Shown one piece after another: positions 34,872 to 42,024 of a stretch of 42,024 nt of DNA; positions within the stretch are counted from its first letter, which is position 1; every line of letters starts with the position of its first letter. This DNA is from Acidimicrobiia bacterium (GTDB lineage: Bacteria > Actinomycetota > Acidimicrobiia > Spongiisociales > SHLN01). Under the pieces are notes generated by a model. The model did no database searches. It was not told the DNA's origin and was given only the letters and a program-made list of their open reading frames with translations. Position numbers and translations under genes: made by a program. The stretch is taken from contig JAOTYB010000002.1 of NCBI GenBank assembly GCA_029862065.1, positions 1-42,024 on the forward strand. Direction: 5' to 3'.

Positions 34872-35557
34872 CTCGGTGCCCGTACCCTCCGCTCGACCCG
34901 GTCGCGAATGGAACGCAACATCTTCTGCTCCATGATGAAGGTCCCCGGCTCGACGATGGCCATTGCCAGGAGCGGGAGATTCAGCTTGGGACGCCAGCGG
35001 CTCACCAGCCGGGTTCCGTCGCCGACGATCGGATAGAGGGCGAGACACCAGCTGGTGTTCCCGTCGTCCATGACACTCACAATCGACTTGAACGGGTCGA
35101 TCGATGCCACGGTCAGACCCATCTTGGGCGCCATGAGAATGCGGTCCCCAACCGCCAAGCCCTGGAATTCGGGAAGTACCTCCTCAGCACTGTGATGGAA
35201 GTCGTTGTCGATCCAGTCGTAGCTGTACCAGCCGGCCCGGCTGTAGCCGAGCTGCGTGAGCCACGGCCACACGTCTTCGACGCTGGCGTGGATGGTGATG
35301 GCGCGAGTGGCGGGCCGAACGTCGGCAATGAGCTCGTCCCCGGGCATCGGGCGAGCCACCTCCTCATCGGTGGCCCCCCACCGCAGATGCCACGGGCGCA
35401 TCACCCGCAGGTAGAGAACGACGACCATGCCGAGAAAGAGGGCGAAGACCACAATCCCGCCGAGGAGTTCCATCCACCAGACAAGACCTGCCAGGGTGGC
35501 GAAGGCGACCAGAACCACGCTCCCGACGACCCCGGCAATCATCATCTGGGTACGCAT
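34868..35557 (-). CDS. SRPBCC family protein with N-terminal TM segments
   Basis: Start at ATG 35555-35557 (MRTQMMIAGVV...). VEDVWPWLTQLGYSRAGWYSYDWIDN is characteristic of an actinobacterial SRPBCC subgroup. Its stop shares the palindrome CTAG (34868-34871) with the convergent gene. Confidence 0.7.
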   Translation of the reverse strand: MRTQMMIAGVVGSVVLVAFATLAGLVWWMELLGGIVVFALFLGMVVVLYLRVMRPWHLRWGATDEEVARPMPGDELIADVRPATRAITIHASVEDVWPWLTQLGYSRAGWYSYDWIDNDFHHSAEEVLPEFQGLAVGDRILMAPKMGLTVASIDPFKSIVSVMDDGNTSWCLALYPIVGDGTRLVSRWRPKLNLPLLAMAIVEPGTFIMEQKMLRSIRDRVERRVRAPS

Positions 35558-35627
35558 CGCCCACCCAGAGTGCCGGGGGCAGGGAGGCCCGGCCAGAGTC
35601 AAAAGACCGCTTCTGAATACTCCTTGA

Positions 35628-36950
35628 TCACCCTGTGAGAGTTTGGCAAGTCTCCCGAAGCCGGGCCGATTCGTCGGCCAGAGTGGTTCCCCGGTCGGCG
35701 GCCTCGATCACCGTCGGCACGTCGCTCGCTTCTAGCAGCGGATGCGCAGACGACAGCTCCTCGGCATCAGCACTACTCAACGAGTCGCCTTCGAGGCCGG
35801 CCACCAGGCGGCCGATGGCCTCGTGGGCCTCCCGGAATGGCACACCCTTCTTGACGAGAGCCTCGGCCACGTCGAGGGCCACGGTACGGTCGTCGGGCTC
35901 CGGTGGATGGAAACGGGCGGAAGCCAACAGACCACCCAGAGCGGGGAGCGCCGTTGCCAGCGTGTCGTCGGCGTGGAACACGGCCCGCTTGTCCTCCTGC
36001 AAGTCCCGGTTGTAGGCGAGCGGGGTCCCCTTCTGGATTCCCAGAAGGGTGGCGAGGTCGGCGGCGACGGCCGCGGCTTTGCCCCGGGTGAGCTCGGCAA
36101 TGTCCGGGTTCTTCTTCTGGGGCATTGCCGATGACCCGGTGGCATAGGCGTCGTCGAGCGTGATCCATCCGAACTCGGAGGTGGACCAGAGGACGATGTC
36201 TTCGGCCAGACGGGAAAGGTGGGTCATGGCCTGCGCGCAGCAGAAGGCATACTCGCTCACCAGGTCGCGTGACCCGACGGCGTCGAGCGAGTTGTCGAAT
36301 GGTCGGGTAAAGCCGAGAGTGGCGGCGGTGATCGACGGGTCGATCGGCAACCCACTGCCGGCGACCGCACCCGCTCCCAACGGGGAAACGTTGAGTCGCT
36401 TGATGAGATCGCCAAACCGCTCGGCGTCGCGGGCGGCCATCCAGCCGTAGGCCAGCAGGTGCCGGCCGAGGCGGATGGGTTGAGCTTGCTGAACGTGGGT
36501 GTAGGAAGGGACCACCGCCTCGCCAACCGTGTCGCTCAACTCGGCCATCAAGGACCCGAAGGCAGCCAGGTCGGCAACCCGCTCGGCTGCCGCTCGCCGA
36601 AGGTAGAGGCGAATGTCGAGCGCTACTTGATCGTTGCGGGAGCGTCCCGTATGCAGTTGACCGGCCACTTCCCCGATGAGCTCAAACAACCGCCGCTCGA
36701 CGGCGCTGTGCACATCTTCGTCGCTCGCCACAAACGCAAATTTTCCGGCGTCTGCTTCTTCGCCAATGCTTTCGAGCCCGCCCGTGATGGCGGCGACCGC
36801 CTCGGCCTCCAGGATGCCGGTCTCGCCCAACATGGCTACATGGGCCAGGGAGCCGGTGATGTCATCGGCCAACAGGCGTCGATCGGAATGATCGACCGTG
36901 AACCGCCACAGTGCCTCCGACGGAGGCTCAGAGAAGCGCCCACCCCACAT
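35628..36950 (-). CDS. argH: Argininosuccinate lyase
   Basis: MWGGRFSE..., TGRSRNDQV, and the signature GSSAMPQKKNPD. Its ATG shares one base with the argG TGA (TGATG). Confidence 0.95.
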   Translation of the reverse strand: MWGGRFSEPPSEALWRFTVDHSDRRLLADDITGSLAHVAMLGETGILEAEAVAAITGGLESIGEEADAGKFAFVASDEDVHSAVERRLFELIGEVAGQLHTGRSRNDQVALDIRLYLRRAAAERVADLAAFGSLMAELSDTVGEAVVPSYTHVQQAQPIRLGRHLLAYGWMAARDAERFGDLIKRLNVSPLGAGAVAGSGLPIDPSITAATLGFTRPFDNSLDAVGSRDLVSEYAFCCAQAMTHLSRLAEDIVLWSTSEFGWITLDDAYATGSSAMPQKKNPDIAELTRGKAAAVAADLATLLGIQKGTPLAYNRDLQEDKRAVFHADDTLATALPALGGLLASARFHPPEPDDRTVALDVAEALVKKGVPFREAHEAIGRLVAGLEGDSLSSADAEELSSAHPLLEASDVPTVIEAADRGTTLADESARLRETCQTLTG

Positions 36951-38140
36951 CAGGAATCGCGATGAGCCCGCGCTTTGAGGCGCAGGGCGTGCAACCGAAT
37001 GAAGGCGCCGGCGTCCGCCTGGTCGTAGACATCGTCGGCCTCGAAGGTGGCGTACTCCTCGCTGTACAGCGAACGATCGGATTTGCGGCCTTCCACCACC
37101 ACGTTGCCCTTGTAGAGCCGGATGCGGGCGGTCCCACTCACATCGGTTTGCACATGGTCCATGAGGTCCTGGAGGAGCTCACGCTCGGGGGCGTACCAGA
37201 AGCCGTTATAGACGGCGGCGGCATAGCGGGGAATGAGACCGTCCCGCAGACGCAGGACCTCGCGGTCGAGCGTCAGCGATTCAACAGCCCGATGAGCCCA
37301 ATGGAGGATGGTGCCGCCGGGCGTCTCGTAGACGCCCCGGTTCTTCATGCCGATGAAACGGTTCTCCACCAGGTCGACCCGGCCAACCCCATGGCGGCCG
37401 CCGATCTGGTTGAGGGTGGTGAGCAGCTCGGTCGGCCCGAGACGGGTGCCGTTCACTTCAACCGGATCACCGTTCTCGTAGGTGACCTCTATCACCTCGG
37501 GCTCATCGGGAGCGTCCTCGGGATCGGTTGTCATGATGAACATGCCGGCTGGGGGGGCCACCCATGGGTCCTCGAGCACCCCGCCCTCGAAACTGACGTG
37601 CAACAGGTTGGCGTCAGTGGAGTACGGCTTCTCGGGGGTGGTCGGCACCTCGATGCCGTGTTGGAGTGCATAGGCCTCCAGATCAGCCCGGCCCTTCATA
37701 TCCCACTCCCGCCAGGGAGCGATCACCTTGATGTCCGGATTCAGCGCCATGGCGTTCAACTCGAAGCGCACCTGATCGTTGCCCTTGCCGGTGGCGCCGT
37801 GACTGATGGCGTCTGCCCCGGTCTTGGCCGCGGCCTCCACCAGGCCCCTGGCAATCACCGGACGCGCCAGGGACGTGCCGAGGAGGTAGTAGCCCTCGTA
37901 GACGGCGTTGGCCCGCAGGGCCGGGAACACGAACTCGGAGACGAACTCGTCAACGAGATCGCCGACAATGGCTTCGGACGCGCCGGTGGCCAGGGCCTTC
38001 TCCCGCGCTTCCTCCACCTCTTCACCCTGGCCGACGTCGGCGGTATAGGTGACGACCTCCAACCCGCGGTCCTCGATCAGCCATCGGAGGATGACCGATG
38101 TGTCGAGACCGCCCGAATATGCGAGTACGACCTTTTTCAT
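36950..38140 (-). CDS. argG: Argininosuccinate synthase
   Basis: [30 protein letters not shown], and [18 protein letters not shown]. Confidence 0.95.
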   Translation of the reverse strand: MKKVVLAYSGGLDTSVILRWLIEDRGLEVVTYTADVGQGEEVEEAREKALATGASEAIVGDLVDEFVSEFVFPALRANAVYEGYYLLGTSLARPVIARGLVEAAAKTGADAISHGATGKGNDQVRFELNAMALNPDIKVIAPWREWDMKGRADLEAYALQHGIEVPTTPEKPYSTDANLLHVSFEGGVLEDPWVAPPAGMFIMTTDPEDAPDEPEVIEVTYENGDPVEVNGTRLGPTELLTTLNQIGGRHGVGRVDLVENRFIGMKNRGVYETPGGTILHWAHRAVESLTLDREVLRLRDGLIPRYAAAVYNGFWYAPERELLQDLMDHVQTDVSGTARIRLYKGNVVVEGRKSDRSLYSEEYATFEADDVYDQADAGAFIRLHALRLKARAHRDS

Positions 38141-38206
38141 GAGGTCGACAGTCTTGCACGACCAGACGCCAAACCCCTAGCCGTCATCCCCGGCGGGGAC
38201 CTCTGA

Positions 38207-39601
38207 TCAGATTGCGCCCTGCTCAACCCAGGCGTCCAGTAACTGGTAGGCCTCTTCTGGGGTGTAGGGGCCCTCGTCTATCCGATGCTCGAGGAGCAGG
38301 TTCATGGCGACGCCGACTCGGGGTCCCGGCGCCAATTCGAGGTATTTCATGACCTCGTTTCCGTCGATGGGAGCACGGAGACTGTCGAGCTCCTCCTTCT
38401 CACGGAGCTCGGCGATACGTTCTTCCAGATCGTCGATCCGCCGTTGGATGGTCCTCTGCAGCTTCTCGTTGCGGGTCGTGACATCGCAGCGCACCAACAG
38501 GTTTAGGTCGTCGAGGAGCGGCCCGGCGTCACGAACGTACCGGCGAACGGCCTTGTCGGTCCAGCCGTCCTTGAAGGTGTGTGGACGCATATGCAAATAG
38601 ACGAGCTGGTTGACCGATTCGACTACCTGCTTCGGGTACTTGAGCGCTCGCAGCCGCTGGCGGGTCATGCGCGCTCCGACCACCTCGTGATGATGGAAGC
38701 TCACCTGGTTCTTGGCACCAAACTCGCGAGTGTCGGGCTTGCCAACGTCGTGAAACAGGGCTGCCAACCGAATCACCAGCTCGGGAGGGGTCTTGTCCAC
38801 CACTGCCAGCGTGTGGGCCAGCACATCCTTGTGGCGATGATGGGGGTCCTGCTCGAGCGCCATGGCCGGCAACTCCGGCACGAACTCGGCGGCCAGGCCC
38901 GACTCCACCAGCCCAAACAGCGAGGCGGATGGGGCCGGAGCAACCATCAGCTTGGAGAACTCGTCTCGAATACGCTCGGCACTCACGATCGCCAGCCGAC
39001 CGGCCATTTCGATGACGGCATCCTCGGCCGAGGGATGAATGGCAAAACCGAGCGAGGCCGAGAACCGATACAACCGGAGCATGCGGAGCGGGTCGTCGCC
39101 GAAGGAGATCTCCGGCTCCTGGGGCGTGCGGAGTGTCATTGAGCCAAGATCCGCCAAACCCCCTGAGGGGTCGACCAGCTCAGGAAGCTCCGCTCCCGGC
39201 TGAAGGCGGACGGCCAGGGCATTCACCGAGAAGTCCCGACGCGAGAGGTCGGTCTCGATGTCATCGGAGAACTCAACGCTGGGCGACCGGCTCTCCTCCC
39301 GATACACCTCACGGCGAAAGGTCGTGATCTCAAAGGTGTGGCCGTCCTTGAGGACACTCACCGTTCCGAACAACTCCCCGGCGGTAAACAGGCTGTCGGC
39401 CCAATCACCCGTGATCCCTTTGACGACATCGGGGCGGGCGTTGGTGGCGAAGTCGAAATCGTCGTGGGGCCGGCCGAGGAGTGCGTCGCGGACGCTCCCG
39501 CCCACCAGATACAACTCATAACCGGCCGCGTCGAACAAGCCGGCCAATTGCATGGAATGCGAATCCGGTTCGAAGAGCCGCTGGACCCGATCGGGGAGCA
39601 T
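38207..39601 (-). CDS. cca: CCA tRNA nucleotidyltransferase (PolyA_pol head domain plus HD domain)
   Basis: LVGGSVRDALLGRP.DDFDFAT, TFRRE.Y, and the HD motif HRHKDVLAHTL...LFHDVGKP. Confidence 0.9.
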   Translation of the reverse strand: MLPDRVQRLFEPDSHSMQLAGLFDAAGYELYLVGGSVRDALLGRPHDDFDFATNARPDVVKGITGDWADSLFTAGELFGTVSVLKDGHTFEITTFRREVYREESRSPSVEFSDDIETDLSRRDFSVNALAVRLQPGAELPELVDPSGGLADLGSMTLRTPQEPEISFGDDPLRMLRLYRFSASLGFAIHPSAEDAVIEMAGRLAIVSAERIRDEFSKLMVAPAPSASLFGLVESGLAAEFVPELPAMALEQDPHHRHKDVLAHTLAVVDKTPPELVIRLAALFHDVGKPDTREFGAKNQVSFHHHEVVGARMTRQRLRALKYPKQVVESVNQLVYLHMRPHTFKDGWTDKAVRRYVRDAGPLLDDLNLLVRCDVTTRNEKLQRTIQRRIDDLEERIAELREKEELDSLRAPIDGNEVMKYLELAPGPRVGVAMNLLLEHRIDEGPYTPEEAYQLLDAWVEQGAI

Positions 39602-39720
39602 GGCGACAGAGTACCGCCACGGGTTCGTCCGCTCCGGTGTCCCTCGGATCGAAGTGGCTCAGCAGCCTCGAGACCGGGCGGCGCACAGCAGAATGCCGTC
39701 GACGGTCGGTGGTCGGCCCC

Positions 39721-40809
39721 TTAGGCGGAGGCCCGGTCGGTCAGACCCTCGGATTGGAGTCGAAGTTTGAAATCGGACGAGCTGGTTGCGTTGGCGATCG
39801 CCTCTTCGTAGCTGATCTCATCGGTACGCAACAGTTCCATGATCGACTGATCGAAGCTCTGCATCCCGTAGAAGTCTCCCTCTTCGATGACTTCCTTGAT
39901 CTCAATGGTCTTGTCCTCGTCGACGATGCGCTCATACACCCGGGGGGTCATCGTCAGCACCTCGACAGCGGGGATCCGGCCAACCCCATCGGCCTTGCGC
40001 ACGAGGCGCTGGCTGAGGATGCCCTGCAGGCTGCCGGCCAAACCAAGGCGGACGGCCTTGTGTTGGAACGGTGGGAAGAAGTCGAGGATGCGGTTGATGG
40101 TCTCGGCGGCGTCGATGGTATGCAACGAAGAAACCACCAGGTGGCCGGTCTCGGCCGCCATCAACGCGGCATCCACCGTCTCGCGATCACGCATCTCGCC
40201 GATGAGGATGACGTCGGGGTCTTGTCGCAACACTCGCCGCAGGGCCTGGCCGAAGTCGGCGGTGTCGACACCTATCTCGCGCTGAGAAACGATCGCCATC
40301 TTGTCGGGGTGGAGAACCTCGATCGGGTCTTCGATGGTGATGATGTTGACGCGTCGCGTGGTATTGATGTGATCGATGACCGAAGCCATGGTGGTGGTCT
40401 TGCCGGAGCCGGTGGGACCGGTGATGAGGATGAGTCCATGGCGCTTATGCGCCAGGTTCTTGAGCACCGGCGGCAACCCGAGCTCGTCGAAGCTCTTCGA
40501 CGCGGGGACCACCGAACGAAGCACCAAGCTCACTGAGGTGCGCTGGCGGTAGACGTTGACCCGGAAGCGGCCAAGATTCGGCTTGCCATAGGCGAAGTCG
40601 GCCTCGTGCTCCTCGCGGAAGCTGGCAACGGCTCGAGGAGGCATGATGCCCTGGGCGTAGGACTCAACATCCGAGGACGCCAGAGGCGGGAGATCGACGG
40701 GCTGCAAGTTGCCGTCGATCCGAATGATCGGTGGCGAGCCAACCTTGAGGTGCAAGTCCGAACCACGGACTTCGAGCATCTTCGAAAGCAGATCATCTAG
40801 CGACGGCAC
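39721..40809 (-). CDS. pilT: Type IV pilus twitching-motility ATPase PilT
   Basis: GTG start with AGGAG 8 nt upstream. GSDLHL, Walker A GPTGSGKTT, Asp box ITIEDPIE, Walker B ILIGEMRD, and His box GHLVVSSLHT. Confidence 0.9.
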   Translation of the reverse strand: MPSLDDLLSKMLEVRGSDLHLKVGSPPIIRIDGNLQPVDLPPLASSDVESYAQGIMPPRAVASFREEHEADFAYGKPNLGRFRVNVYRQRTSVSLVLRSVVPASKSFDELGLPPVLKNLAHKRHGLILITGPTGSGKTTTMASVIDHINTTRRVNIITIEDPIEVLHPDKMAIVSQREIGVDTADFGQALRRVLRQDPDVILIGEMRDRETVDAALMAAETGHLVVSSLHTIDAAETINRILDFFPPFQHKAVRLGLAGSLQGILSQRLVRKADGVGRIPAVEVLTMTPRVYERIVDEDKTIEIKEVIEEGDFYGMQSFDQSIMELLRTDEISYEEAIANATSSSDFKLRLQSEGLTDRASA

Positions 40810-40913
40810 GTAACACTCCTGGAATAAGTACCCGCCCTTTATCGGACGCGATCAGCCGGCGCTTGACAAGAACTATCCACCGATTCGCCAGCCCCAGCGA
40901 GCAAATCCTGCCC

Positions 40914-41918
40914 CTAGCCGATCTCCTGCGTGACGCTGTCGAGGGCTCGTTGAAGGAACTGCCAGGCGGAGTCTGGCGAGCCGAATGGGTCACCGTCTGG
41001 TGGCCGTCCGGCCACCCCCTCGATAGTGGCGGCGACCGATCTCTTCAAAGCTCCGAGGTCGTAGCCACCCTCAAGGAACATGATGAGTCGACCGGGCGGC
41101 GCCACCTGCCCGACAGCCGACCCCAGCCGACCGTAATCCGACTCAACCAGACGAAGCGAGGCCAGCGGATCGCGTTCGTGGGCGTCATATCCGGCGCTCA
41201 CCAACACCCAGTCGGGCGAGAACTGCTCAATCATCGGGGCCAGTCGCACCAACGCCTCCCGATACACGTCTCCACCGGTACCGGGCGGGAGCGGAATGTT
41301 GATGGTGGTGCCGCGGGCTGCTCTCTCCCCCAGCTCGTCGTACCAACCGGTGCCCGGATATGCCGGAAACTCGTGGAACGACACGTATTGCAGCTCGGGC
41401 ACATCGTAGAACATGGCCTGGGTGCCGTTGCCGTGGTGGACGTCCCAGTCGACAATCGTCACTCGTTGTCCTTCGGCTAGTAGGGCGGCAGCCGTCACCG
41501 CGATGTTGTTGAACAGGCAGAATCCCATGGCCCGGGCCGCCAGTGCATGGTGTCCGGGCGGTCGCACTGTGAGGAAGGCGGCGTCGGCCTCCCCGTTCTT
41601 CAGACGAGCAACGGCTTCCCAGCCCGATCCGGCCGCCCGCAAGGCTGCCTCCCACGAGTCGGGGACCGCCCCTGTGTCCGGATCGAGCCGACCCCCACCC
41701 GAAGAACAGAACGACTCGATGGCCGCCACATAGCTCTTGGAGTGCACCCGCTCGAGATCGGCGGCCTCGGCCCGGGGTGGAATGGCTTCCAGGACGTCGA
41801 TGCCGGAGGCCGCACGCACGCCGGCGGCTGCCGCTCCCAGACGCTCTGGACGTTCCGGATGCTGGGGCCCATTTGAGTGGAGCTCAAAGGCCTCGTGGGT
41901 GAGATGCAGCAGACGCAT
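40914..41918 (-). CDS. Histone deacetylase-family (acetoin utilisation/acetylpolyamine amidohydrolase-like) protein
   Basis: HPERPERL, RPPGHHA, IVDWDVHHGNGTQ, and GGYD. Confidence 0.9.
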   Translation of the reverse strand: MRLLHLTHEAFELHSNGPQHPERPERLGAAAAGVRAASGIDVLEAIPPRAEAADLERVHSKSYVAAIESFCSSGGGRLDPDTGAVPDSWEAALRAAGSGWEAVARLKNGEADAAFLTVRPPGHHALAARAMGFCLFNNIAVTAAALLAEGQRVTIVDWDVHHGNGTQAMFYDVPELQYVSFHEFPAYPGTGWYDELGERAARGTTINIPLPPGTGGDVYREALVRLAPMIEQFSPDWVLVSAGYDAHERDPLASLRLVESDYGRLGSAVGQVAPPGRLIMFLEGGYDLGALKRSVAATIEGVAGRPPDGDPFGSPDSAWQFLQRALDSVTQEIG

Positions 41919-41956
41919 GCCGCTACTCTGCCACGACGACTACAGGCTGTTGCTTA

Positions 41957-42024
41957 ATGCGAAATGACTTCTCGGTTGGCGGCGTGGTCACCGACCCGGA
42001 CGGCCGGGTCGCGCTCATCCGGAC
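41957..42024 (+). CDS. NUDIX hydrolase, 5' fragment (runs off the window)
   Basis: From ATG 41957: MRNDFSVGGVVTDPDGRVALIR, a typical Nudix N-terminal beta-strand pattern. Only 22 codons are visible. Confidence 0.5.
   Translation, partial: MRNDFSVGGVVTDPDGRVALIR

Overview
This is a high-GC chromosomal segment of actinobacterial type. Evidence for that: a WhiB regulator, frequent GTG/TTG starts, many 1-4 nt start/stop overlaps, and long arginine-rich shadow ORFs antisense to real genes. No transposase, integrase, CRISPR array or rRNA is visible.

Most of the window is housekeeping. It holds a trimethylamine-dehydrogenase-family flavoprotein, the selenocysteine genes selA-selB, whiB, nfeD, tRNA-Pro(CGG), tag, the large helicase lhr, a MacB/FtsX-type ABC exporter, pepP, argG-argH, cca, pilT and an HDAC-family deacetylase.

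The parts that are not ordinary:
1. 16.6-19.2 kb: a three-gene minus-strand cluster. Two diverged paralogous membrane-anchored proteins, whose soluble domains look like degenerate Nudix folds, flank a small 4-TM protein.
2. 19.2-20.7 kb: an orphan WXG100 (ESAT-6-like) gene, divergent from a small ORF plus a LysM membrane protein. They are separated by a sharply AT-rich spacer with an 11-bp inverted repeat beside each start.
3. 14.4-14.7 kb: a hairpin-dense 323-bp spacer built partly from a bipartite double-hairpin module. The module recurs at 21.3 kb with compensatory arm changes.
4. 27.4-28.2 kb: a lower-GC stretch with coding potential on both strands, including two minus-strand ORFs joined in frame by a single TGA.
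5. 3.7-4.9 kb: a cytidylate-kinase-like P-loop gene translationally coupled to a protein with an antitoxin-type (DUF2384-like) C-terminal motif.

All functional calls come from reading the translated ORFs and recalling family motifs. No database search was run.
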